A DNA stretch of 39,056 bases. Origin: Bacteroidota bacterium. GTDB lineage: Bacteria > Bacteroidota > Bacteroidia > Bacteroidales > Marinilabiliaceae. Made by a program: the position numbers and the translations under genes. Where the stretch lies: the NCBI GenBank assembly GCA_051744695.1, contig JBNJDH010000001.1, forward strand, positions 1 to 39,056, read 5' to 3'. Of the stretch, positions 28,962 through 37,891 are shown in pieces. Position 1 is the stretch's first letter. Each line of letters opens with the position of its first letter. Below the pieces are notes generated by a model. The model did no database searches. It saw only the letters and a list, made by a program, of their open reading frames with translations, and was not told where the DNA came from.

Positions 28962-29987
28962 ATGACCAGAAGTTGGCAGAAACTGAAACATTTTTTCACC
29001 ATTCTTCTTTTCCTATTCCTGTTGAGTTCTTGTGCTTCAGAACCTTCATGGATCAAAAATGAAGGGGGAATATTTGGAACCTCGTATCACATCATTTATC
29101 AATGCCCTGACGGAAAAGATCTTCATACTGAACTCAAAGCCGCATTGGATTCTGTAAACCGGTCATTATCCACATACGACTCCACTTCGGTTATTTCACA
29201 ATTCAATCAGTCAACACGAGGAACCAGGATCGACGACCATTTCCGTAAGGTTTTTGAAACAGCACAAAAAGTAACAGAAAAAACCGGTGGCGCTTTTGAT
29301 ATGACCGTTGCACCAATGGTGAACGCCTGGGGGTTTGGTTTTACCGATAAGGAAAAAGTATCACGGAAGACCACAGATTCACTCAAAGCCCTGGTTGGCA
29401 TGCATCATGTGGAAATTCGAGGCGACTCAGTCATTAAAAATAAACCTGAGATCATGCTGGATGCCTCCGCCATAGCCAAAGGCCATGGAAGCGATGTGGC
29501 GGCCGAAGTTCTGGAAAGACACGGATGCGAAAATTACATGGTGGAAATCGGCGGCGAAGTGGTGACAAAGGGGGAAAATACGCGAAACGGTCCATGGCGC
29601 ATCGGCATTGATCGCCCCATTGACGACCCAACGGCTTCGAACCGGGAACTGGAACTAGTTGTAGAACTCTCCGGTCAGGCTCTTGCCACAAGCGGAAATT
29701 ACCGGCAATTCTACATTGATGATGAAACAGGGAAGAAATATTCACATACCATAGACCCCTCTACAGGCAGGCCCGTTGACCATACCCTTCTGAGCGCATC
29801 TGTTGTCGCTCCATCCTGCATGCTGGCCGATGCTTATGCCACTGCTTTTATGGTTATGGGCCTGGAAAAAAGCCAGGAGATAATAAAAAAGCACCCCGAA
29901 CTTGAAGGGTGCTTCATCTTTGACTCAAAAGATGGAATGAAAGTCGAATGGACAGAAGGTTTTGAACAGTGGGTTGCCGCCCAATAA
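28962..29987 (+). CDS. apbE: FAD:protein FMN transferase (lipoprotein)
   Basis: Lipobox LSSC, GAFDMTVAP, AIAKG, VEIGGE, ATSGNY, HTIDP, ADAYATA. Confidence 0.95.
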   Translation: MTRSWQKLKHFFTILLFLFLLSSCASEPSWIKNEGGIFGTSYHIIYQCPDGKDLHTELKAALDSVNRSLSTYDSTSVISQFNQSTRGTRIDDHFRKVFETAQKVTEKTGGAFDMTVAPMVNAWGFGFTDKEKVSRKTTDSLKALVGMHHVEIRGDSVIKNKPEIMLDASAIAKGHGSDVAAEVLERHGCENYMVEIGGEVVTKGENTRNGPWRIGIDRPIDDPTASNRELELVVELSGQALATSGNYRQFYIDDETGKKYSHTIDPSTGRPVDHTLLSASVVAPSCMLADAYATAFMVMGLEKSQEIIKKHPELEGCFIFDSKDGMKVEWTEGFEQWVAAQ

Positions 29988-30032
29988 AAAACCGGCTGCT
30001 AAAACCCTATACTTGAAAGACAAACAACCAAA

Positions 30033-30215
30033 TCAGGATGTTGGTCTCTCTTCAACAGTCTGGCAAGAATCCACTGAATGACAGCCACAACTTCCCCCTC
30101 CACTGCATGTGTGAAGCGTGGCATCTTTATTGAAAAAACTCTTGATCGCGAGACCGGCAAAAGCCAATCCCATAAACAAAATGGCCAATCCGACTAATAT
30201 TAAAACACTATTCAT
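30033..30215 (-). CDS. Small single-TM Cys-rich protein, NqrM-like
   Basis: MNSVLILVGLAILFMGLAFAGLAIKSFFNKDATLHTCSGGGSCGCHSVDSC...; -7 box TAGCTTTG on the minus strand at 30244-30251; adjacent to apbE. Confidence 0.7.
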   Translation of the reverse strand: MNSVLILVGLAILFMGLAFAGLAIKSFFNKDATLHTCSGGGSCGCHSVDSCQTVEERPTS

Positions 30216-30434
30216 AATCAACTCCTTTCTCTTTTTAGGTAAACAAAGCTAATATGGGTTTCGTTCAACCCCGTCAGCTCCTTACCCAACAAATTACTAC
30301 ATCAAAGATAACAAATTTGATTTTCGGATGCAAATATCTGCTTTTAAAATTACTAATTTTGATCAAACGGGGAGTGTACTTCCTCCATTGTTAAACTAAG
30401 GAAAATAAGCAATCATCATACATCCATCTATACC

Positions 30435-30540
30435 AATGAAACTTGCATGACCATTCAGGTCTCAAAAGAACATGTATAAGTTCTTGCATGCGAGTTCCAT
30501 CCGACCTTAATAAATTAATTTTATACGGATGAATTTAATA
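30435..30540 (+). repeat. Diverged copy of the nqrF leader, followed by a 10-codon ORF (30529-30561)
   Basis: Colinear blocks AATGAAAC..GCATGAC, CAAAAGAACATGTATAAGTTC and AATTTTATACG.ATGAAT are shared with 27520-27604. Confidence 0.8.
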
Positions 30541-30845
30541 TTTATGGAAATAAAGGGCTGACCATCCCCCCTTTTTTCCTCGATGTGTGTCAACCCAAAA
30601 TTCACCAGCCATAAGATTAGCTTCTCCTTCGTAGTTTAACTACAGAGAAGGAGGAAGCGTTCTAAAAAGAGCTTTTTAAAAGGTCGAGAGTTATTACAAC
30701 CATGAGTGAATGGTAAAAAAAACGAAAAGGAAACTGTTTGAAAAAAGGCTACAGATTCTCTGCCATACTATCTCTGGATCCCATTCGGACCAATAAATAA
30801 TGACCATTCCGGCTTGGGCTTTCTGCTTGTAAGGTACCATTCCCC

Positions 30846-31067
30846 TTACAAGTCAGAGAGCGTATCCTTCAAAATATGCCGTTTATCTTTTTGCTCAATC
30901 TTGTCCTGGGTGGAGGCACAAAAAATTCCCCTGCGAGCCATATTCCGGTTCCCGCCAATGTGGGTATGAGGGAACTTTCCATCTTTCTGCAATAAAATCC
31001 GAATAGCCAAAAGAGCCATCACGCCGGCCATTAGAACAATAGAAAGCAAAAGAATTTTCAAAATCAT
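30846..31067 (-). CDS. Small single-TM Bacteroidota membrane protein (NqrM-like architecture, one Cys)
   Basis: MILKILLLSIVLMAGVMALLAIRILLQKDGKFPHTHIGGNRNMARRGIFCASTQD; -7 box TAATTTTG on the minus strand at 31087-31094 favours ATG 31067. Confidence 0.78.
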   Translation of the reverse strand: MILKILLLSIVLMAGVMALLAIRILLQKDGKFPHTHIGGNRNMARRGIFCASTQDKIEQKDKRHILKDTLSDL

Positions 31068-31225
31068 AGTCAAAGCCTTTTGCATGCAAAATTACAAAAA
31101 AAGAACGATCTAAACATTCCTACCTCTCTTTGTGTTTTTATATAGCAACAAGACTCAGCCAAAAAATATACCTTTGTCTTGTTGGAAACGCTTATGGAGA
31201 GCTTAACCGACACAACCAAAGCGCG

Positions 31226-33703
31226 ATGACCACAACAAAGACACAAGAAGCAGGAAATATCAGTCATTTAACCAAAGGTACAAATCCGGAAGAAGCCCTC
31301 AATTTCGAGGATTTCCGGAAAGAGGTCCTTGAAGATTATCACCTTGGCCATCTGAGCAGGCAAATGAGCATTCTGGCCCGGCGGGAAGTGCTCACAGGCA
31401 AGGCCAAATTTGGCATCTTTGGCGACGGAAAAGAAGTTGCTCAAATTGCCATGGCAAAACAATTCAAGAATGGCGACTGGCGTTCAGGATATTACCGTGA
31501 TCAAACCTTCATGCTGGCCACTGGTATGCTCACCCCCAAGCAATTTTTTGCTCTCCTTTACGGAGAAACGCGTACCCATCTCAATCCCGACAATGGGGGA
31601 CGGTCCATGAATAATCATTTCGGGACACGTTTAATTGATGACAACGGAAACTGGGTCTCTCAAACAGACAGGAAAAATACAGCTTCCGATATTAGTCCGA
31701 CTGGCGGTCAAATGCCCAGGCTCACAGGATTGGCCCTGGCATCCAAACTTTACCGGAACCTTCCCGAATTCGGGGAATCAGCCGCTTTCAGCAACAACGG
31801 AAATGAAGTTGCATTCGGCACCATCGGCGAAGCCAGTACCTCGGAAGGCCTGTTTTTCGAAACCATCAATGCAGCCGGTGTCCTGCAAATCCCCATGGCC
31901 ATATCCATCTGGGATGATGGCTACGGGATCTCTGTGCCCACTGAACTCCAAACAGTTAAATCAAGCATATCGGAAGCTCTCAAAGGATTTGAAAAACAAA
32001 AAGATCACCAAACCGGCATTCTGATATTCGAATCCCCGGGCTGGGATTATGCGGGCCTCTGCCAAATGTACGAAGAAGGCATCAACCGCTGCAGAAACGA
32101 ACATGTACCAGTGGTCTTCCACGTAAAAGAACTTACTCAACCCACTGGCCACTCCACTTCGGGCTCACACGAGCGTTACAAATCTCGGGAACGGCTGGAA
32201 TGGGAAAAAGAGTATGATTGCCTTATCCAGATGCGCCAGTGGATTCTCAAAACAGGAATGGCCGATGAGCATACACTTGATGAAACTGAAGAAAAAGCCG
32301 GAAATGAAGCCCGGGCCGCCCAGCGGAAGGCTTTTGAAGAATACATGGCCCCCATGCAGGAGGAACGGCAGCACCTCATCCAATTGGTTGAAAACAAAGG
32401 GTGCACATGCCACGCATTAGGAGAAAAACAAATCTCAAACATTGTAAAAGACCTCAAAAATGCTGACCCGCTCAGTCGAAAAGAAATCCTGAGCGCGGCA
32501 CGAAAAATTTTACGCCATGTCTGTGTATCCTGCAAAAGTCCGGGAGGATTGAAGGTTCAACTCAGAGAGTGGGTAGACCAGGAGGTGGAGAAAGGCCGGG
32601 AAAAATACAATCGTTACCTACACGACGAATCCCCTAACTCTCCGCTCAATGTTTCATGGATACCTCCCGAGTATCCCGATGATTCGCAAAAAGTCCCCGG
32701 GCGGGAGATTATTCGTGACAATTTTGATGCCCTGTTTGCCAAAAATCCCCGACTGATCACTTTCGGTGAAGATACAGGAAAACTGGGCGGAGTAAACCAG
32801 ACACTTGAGGGGCTTCAGTCAAAATATGGGGAATGGAGGGTTCGCGACACCGGCATCCGTGAAACAACAATCATCGGCGAAGGAACAGGCCTTGCACTGC
32901 GTGGACTGCGCCCCATTGCCGAAATTCAATATTTCGACTACCTGCTTTATGCCTTGCATACCATTAGTGATGATGTGGCAACCACCCACTATAGATCCAA
33001 AGCAGGACAGAAAGTACCCCTCATTATACGTACCCGCGGCCACAGACTCGAAGGAATATGGCACTCAGGCTCACCCCTTAGCATGGTGATCAACAGCATC
33101 AGAGGCATACACGTTTGCGTACCCAGGGACATGACTTGTGCAGCAGGAATGTACAACACCTTGCTCGAAGGAGACGATCCGGCCCTTGTTATTGAACCCC
33201 TCAGTGGCTATCGAATACGGGAAAAACGACCTTCCAATTTCGGAGAATTCCGCATTCCCCTTGGAATTCCGGAAATTCTACAAGCCGGGACAGACATCAC
33301 ACTGGTTACTTACGGATCTTGTGTGCGCATCGCCCGCGAAGCCATTAACCAGCTTAGCGAAACTGGCATCTCGGTAGAACTCATCGATGTTCAAACACTG
33401 CTGCCATTCGACACAAACGAGGTGATCCTGCATTCCCTGAAAAAAACCAACCGAATTGTATTTTTCGACGAAGACGTCCCGGGCGGCGCTACAGCTTTTA
33501 TGATGCAGAAAGTCATCGAAGAACAAGGGGGTTTTTATTACCTCGATCACAAACCGGTTACAGTCACGGCACAAGACCATCGGCCGGCATACGGAACAGA
33601 CGGGGATTATTTCAGCAATCCCAACGCCGAAGATGTCTATGAAGCCATTTATGCAATGATGGGAGAAGCTTATCCCGACAATTTTCCTCCCATATATTCA
33701 TGA
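31226..33703 (+). CDS. 2-oxoacid (probably branched-chain) dehydrogenase E1, fused alpha/beta
   Basis: GKAKFGIFGDGKE, SGYYRDQT, TPP-loop GEASTSEG, GHSTSGSHE, FGED, DTGIRE, AEIQY, RTRGHRLEGIWHSG. -7 box TACCTTTG at 31169-31176 favours ATG 31226. Confidence 0.92.
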   Translation: MTTTKTQEAGNISHLTKGTNPEEALNFEDFRKEVLEDYHLGHLSRQMSILARREVLTGKAKFGIFGDGKEVAQIAMAKQFKNGDWRSGYYRDQTFMLATGMLTPKQFFALLYGETRTHLNPDNGGRSMNNHFGTRLIDDNGNWVSQTDRKNTASDISPTGGQMPRLTGLALASKLYRNLPEFGESAAFSNNGNEVAFGTIGEASTSEGLFFETINAAGVLQIPMAISIWDDGYGISVPTELQTVKSSISEALKGFEKQKDHQTGILIFESPGWDYAGLCQMYEEGINRCRNEHVPVVFHVKELTQPTGHSTSGSHERYKSRERLEWEKEYDCLIQMRQWILKTGMADEHTLDETEEKAGNEARAAQRKAFEEYMAPMQEERQHLIQLVENKGCTCHALGEKQISNIVKDLKNADPLSRKEILSAARKILRHVCVSCKSPGGLKVQLREWVDQEVEKGREKYNRYLHDESPNSPLNVSWIPPEYPDDSQKVPGREIIRDNFDALFAKNPRLITFGEDTGKLGGVNQTLEGLQSKYGEWRVRDTGIRETTIIGEGTGLALRGLRPIAEIQYFDYLLYALHTISDDVATTHYRSKAGQKVPLIIRTRGHRLEGIWHSGSPLSMVINSIRGIHVCVPRDMTCAAGMYNTLLEGDDPALVIEPLSGYRIREKRPSNFGEFRIPLGIPEILQAGTDITLVTYGSCVRIAREAINQLSETGISVELIDVQTLLPFDTNEVILHSLKKTNRIVFFDEDVPGGATAFMMQKVIEEQGGFYYLDHKPVTVTAQDHRPAYGTDGDYFSNPNAEDVYEAIYAMMGEAYPDNFPPIYS

Positions 33704-33802
33704 ACTCAAAAAACCAACAACTCAATAAGACTGTATAACCTTTATTGGCCGTTATTTAAACATTCTAATTAACAGAATAACTCACTTATGAAAAAATGCC
33801 AT

Positions 33803-33827
33803 TTTGCATAGATGCTTTCTATGCAAA
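33803..33827. promoter_or_regulatory. Perfect dyad, candidate LysR-type operator
   Basis: TTTGCATAGA-N5-TCTATGCAAA, containing ATAG-N7-CTAT, upstream of metH-metF. Confidence 0.4.
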
Positions 33828-34178
33828 CCATTTATATTGGTGCCAATCTATATTATTAATTTCTTATTTAAAAACATTTTAAAGTAGATAAAATGTTAAA
33901 AAAAACAATCTCTGTGACCGGCTGACCTCTACCATGTTTGGAAAAAAATCCAGTCAAATGACCATAATTTTTTAAGGGTTTCCACACAACATTAAAATCA
34001 TATTTTCTAAATATAACTTTTTTTTCTCATTGCTATTTACGTTATTCGCATCCGACATATTTTTCTAAAAGCTAAAATTGAGCTGTTTAAACGGTAAAAC
34101 ATGCTCGAAAGAACTATCGCCGAAGAGTTTAGAGAATTAAGCGATAATTCTTATGAAAAATATGTAAAACAGATAAGC

Positions 34179-37100
34179 ATGGAAATACGACAAAAGATCC
34201 AAAAACGAATTCTGGTTCTTGACGGTGCCATGGGAACCATGGTCCAAGCCAAATCACTCACAGAGGAAGCATTCAGAGGCGAAAGATTTCAACAACACCC
34301 CATCCCCTTACAGGGCCTCAACGATGCACTGACCATCACAAACCCCGATTTAATTAAAGAAATTCATCAGCAATATCTGGATGCAGGGGCAGACATCATC
34401 ACAACCAACACGTTCAACGCAAACAGCATCAGTCTTAAAGATTATGGACTGGAGGATTACGTGGATGAAATCAATAAAAAGGCAGTTGCTTTGGCCTGTG
34501 ATGCTGCAAAGGCTTATACCATAGAAAATCCGGATAAACCCAGATATGTAGCTGCTACGCTTGGCCCCACGGGGAAAACAGCCTCTATATCACCGGAAAT
34601 AAACAATCCTGCCTACAGGGATATTTCTTTCGATGATTTGGTCGCCGCATATGCCCGGCAGGCCAAAGCGCTTGTGGAGGCTGGCACAGACATTCTTATG
34701 GTTGAGACCGTTTTTGACACATTGAACGCAAAAGCGGCTCTTTATGCCATTGAGAATGTTCTGCACAAAACAAACAAAGACATTCCGGTGATGGTTTCGG
34801 TTACCATTGATGAAAGCGGCCGAAATCTGTCGGGACAAACAGTTGAGGCTTTTTACAATTCACTCACAGCCTTTCCGGTGTTTTCTATAGGACTGAATTG
34901 CTCATTCGGCCCTGACAAAATGCTGAAATACCTTAAAAAGCTTGCTTCAAAGGCGGAATTGGCAATAAGTACACACCCCAATGCAGGACTGCCTGATGAA
35001 AATGGTGAGTACAACCTGTCGCCCGACCAAATGGCAGGTTATATCAAAGAATATGCAGAAAAAGGGCTTGTCAACATTGTGGGTGGATGCTGCGGCAGCA
35101 AGCCGGAACACATTGCAGCCATAACGAATGCCGTGAATGAATGCATACCCCGTCAGCCGCAAAAGTCAACACCAACGGCACGTTTAAGCGGCTTGGAGGC
35201 TCTTGATGCCACCGACGATACACCAATGCTGAAAATTGCCGAGAAAACCAACGTATCAGGCTCCCGGCAGTTTGCAAAATCCATCAGGAACGAACAATAC
35301 GAAGATGCGCTGGAAATTGCCCGTCAGCAAATAAACGAGGGATGCCACATGCTCAACATCAATTTAGATGAAAGCATGATCGACACCCGGGAAGTCATTA
35401 AAACCTTTCTGAACCAGCTCCAGGCAGAGCCCGATGTCGCCACTGTGCCCGTCATGCTCGATTCTTCAGATTTTGAAGCACTGGAGAATGGTCTGGAATG
35501 CCTGCAGGGACGGGCTGTGGTCAATTCCATCAGCCTGAAAGATGGTAAGGAGGCATTCAAACAAAAAGCAACCCGCATAAAAGAGTTAGGCGCCATCCCG
35601 GTTATCATGGCATTTGATGAAGAAGGACAGGCAGATGATTTCGAGCGAAAGACCGAAATATGTCAGCGAGCATATAATATCCTCACAAAGGATCTCTCTT
35701 TCCCGCCCGAAAACATCATTTTCGACCCGGTGGTCCTTACCATTGGTACAGGGATAGAAGAACACAACAACTATGCAGCCGACTTCATCAAATCAGTCAG
35801 ATGGATAAGGCAGAATCTGCCTCATGCCAAAGTCAATGCAGGGGTCAGCAATGTTTCTTTTGCGTTTCGTGGCAACAATTACCTGAGAGAGGTGATCAAT
35901 TCGGTATTCCTCCAGCATTGTGAAAAAGCCGGATTGAACATGGCCATTATTCATCCCGGGAAAATCATTCCGTATGACCAGGTTCCGGGAGAACTTCTGA
36001 CAGCGGTGGAGGATTTGATCCTCAACAACCGCCGGGATGCAACAGATCGCCTGGTGGAGCTTGCTCCACAATTTAGCGGACAAGAGCGGGTACAATCATC
36101 AAACGAAAACTGGCGAGATTCTGATGCCGAAAAGAGATTGGCTTACGCAATGCAAAAGGGCATAGGCAAACATCTTGAAGAAGATTTGAGGGAACTGCAA
36201 CAGGTTCATAAAAGGTCGCTCGACATCGTTCAGGGCCCCTTGATGAACAGCATGAAAGAGGTGGGCGAATTGTTCGGAGCCGGAAAAATGTTCCTGCCCC
36301 AGGTGATCAAAAGTGCCCGCATAATGAACCAGGCAGTAGATATCTTAAAGGATGACATTGAGAAGGAATCGAAACTTGCCGGAAATACACCGTCTGAAAA
36401 GAAAAAAATATTAATTGCCACCGTTGAAGGCGATGTACACGACATTGGAAAAAACATCGTATCTTTAGTACTCGGATGCAATGGTTTTGAAATCGTTGAC
36501 CTGGGGGTAAAAGTCCCTGCTGTCGATATAGTAGAAGCCGTTCGCCGCGAAAAGCCCGACATACTGGGACTTAGTGGCCTGATCACCCCCTCACTGGAGA
36601 AAATGACAGAAGTGCTCGGCGCGCTTGAATCAGAGGGAATCAAACTGCCGGTTCTTTTGGGGGGAGCAGCCACATCAGCCATTCACACAGCAATCAAAGC
36701 CGTCCCTCTGTATTCCGGACCGGTTCTGCATGTGAGTGATGCCATGAAAAGTGTAAATGCGGCCAATGCCTTGACAGGACCAGATGTCGAGACTTATCTG
36801 GAAGAAATGTATGATGCACAGAAGCAATTGCAGGACGAATACCGCAAAAAGAAATCATCAGGACAATTTCTTCCACTGGATGAAGCCAGAAACCGAAGAT
36901 TTGCACATAAATTCGAGCATCAACCCACCCCCCAAATGCTCGACATTAAGGAATTTCGCAACTTCGACATCAATGAAATCGAAAAATACATTGACTGGAC
37001 GCCCTTTTTCCATGGTTGGAGCCTGAAAGGAAAATACCCTTCAATTTTCGAAAAAGAACGGGTAGGTCCCGAGGCAAAAAGGCTGTTCGATGAGGCCAAT

Positions 37101-37841
37101 ATCATGCTCGAGGAGATCAAAGAGAAGGGATTGGTGGTTCCACGCGGAGTAATCGGGCTTTTCCCTGCAAACTCACATGGGGATGATATCATCCTGTTCA
37201 CAGACGAAACCAGAAAGGAAGTATTGACAAAAATCCCCATGTTGCGGCAGCAACAAACAAAAAGACAACAAACCTACACGCTTTCCCTGGCAGACTTTGT
37301 AGCGCCTATCAATTCCGGAGTTAAAGATTATTTCGGAGGCTTTGCCGTCACATCAGGCATGGGACTTGAAAAACACGTGGAAAACCTGAAAAACAGTGGG
37401 GATAGTTACAACAGCATCATGTTTCGACTTCTCACCGACCGTATTGTAGAAGCTGCAGCAGAATTGATGCATACGTGGGTACGAAAAGAATACTGGGGTT
37501 ACGATCCGAATGAAAACCTGTCAACAGAAGAAATCATCCAGGGCAAATACAAAGGAATCAGACCAGCCGTTGGCTACCCCATCTGCCCCGACCATCGTCT
37601 CAAACGCAATCTTTTCGATCTGTTGCAGGTCGAAAAAAGAACGGGCATTGAACTGACCGATACCTTTGTGATGAAACCCGCCAGTTCCGTCTCAGGCTTT
37701 TACCTGGCCAATGACGCATCTAAATATTTCGGGGTCGGAAAAATCGGCAAAGATCAAATCCATGATTATGCCCAAAGAACAGGAAAATCAATCGAAGATA
37801 CCGAAAAATGGTTGCATTTTGCCCTGAAAAAAGACGCCTGA
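34179..37841 (+). CDS. metH: Cobalamin-dependent methionine synthase
   Basis: ILVLDGAMGT, LNCSFG, GGCCG (Zn), pterin domain DSS/VNSISLK/SNVSF, FLPQVIKSAR, GDVHDIGKN (B12), AdoMet domain RPAVGYP.CPDH. Start is 34179 or 34101. Confidence 0.96.
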   Translation: MEIRQKIQKRILVLDGAMGTMVQAKSLTEEAFRGERFQQHPIPLQGLNDALTITNPDLIKEIHQQYLDAGADIITTNTFNANSISLKDYGLEDYVDEINKKAVALACDAAKAYTIENPDKPRYVAATLGPTGKTASISPEINNPAYRDISFDDLVAAYARQAKALVEAGTDILMVETVFDTLNAKAALYAIENVLHKTNKDIPVMVSVTIDESGRNLSGQTVEAFYNSLTAFPVFSIGLNCSFGPDKMLKYLKKLASKAELAISTHPNAGLPDENGEYNLSPDQMAGYIKEYAEKGLVNIVGGCCGSKPEHIAAITNAVNECIPRQPQKSTPTARLSGLEALDATDDTPMLKIAEKTNVSGSRQFAKSIRNEQYEDALEIARQQINEGCHMLNINLDESMIDTREVIKTFLNQLQAEPDVATVPVMLDSSDFEALENGLECLQGRAVVNSISLKDGKEAFKQKATRIKELGAIPVIMAFDEEGQADDFERKTEICQRAYNILTKDLSFPPENIIFDPVVLTIGTGIEEHNNYAADFIKSVRWIRQNLPHAKVNAGVSNVSFAFRGNNYLREVINSVFLQHCEKAGLNMAIIHPGKIIPYDQVPGELLTAVEDLILNNRRDATDRLVELAPQFSGQERVQSSNENWRDSDAEKRLAYAMQKGIGKHLEEDLRELQQVHKRSLDIVQGPLMNSMKEVGELFGAGKMFLPQVIKSARIMNQAVDILKDDIEKESKLAGNTPSEKKKILIATVEGDVHDIGKNIVSLVLGCNGFEIVDLGVKVPAVDIVEAVRREKPDILGLSGLITPSLEKMTEVLGALESEGIKLPVLLGGAATSAIHTAIKAVPLYSGPVLHVSDAMKSVNAANALTGPDVETYLEEMYDAQKQLQDEYRKKKSSGQFLPLDEARNRRFAHKFEHQPTPQMLDIKEFRNFDINEIEKYIDWTPFFHGWSLKGKYPSIFEKERVGPEAKRLFDEANIMLEEIKEKGLVVPRGVIGLFPANSHGDDIILFTDETRKEVLTKIPMLRQQQTKRQQTYTLSLADFVAPINSGVKDYFGGFAVTSGMGLEKHVENLKNSGDSYNSIMFRLLTDRIVEAAAELMHTWVRKEYWGYDPNENLSTEEIIQGKYKGIRPAVGYPICPDHRLKRNLFDLLQVEKRTGIELTDTFVMKPASSVSGFYLANDASKYFGVGKIGKDQIHDYAQRTGKSIEDTEKWLHFALKKDA

Positions 37842-37891
37842 TTCCCGATTTTTGAGATTATCAGAATGTAAAACACAAAAATCATAATAAC

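Noticed and set aside
34040-34150. SAM/SAH/B12 riboswitch upstream of metH
   Set aside because: Diagnostic conserved elements were not found by eye; a covariance search is needed.
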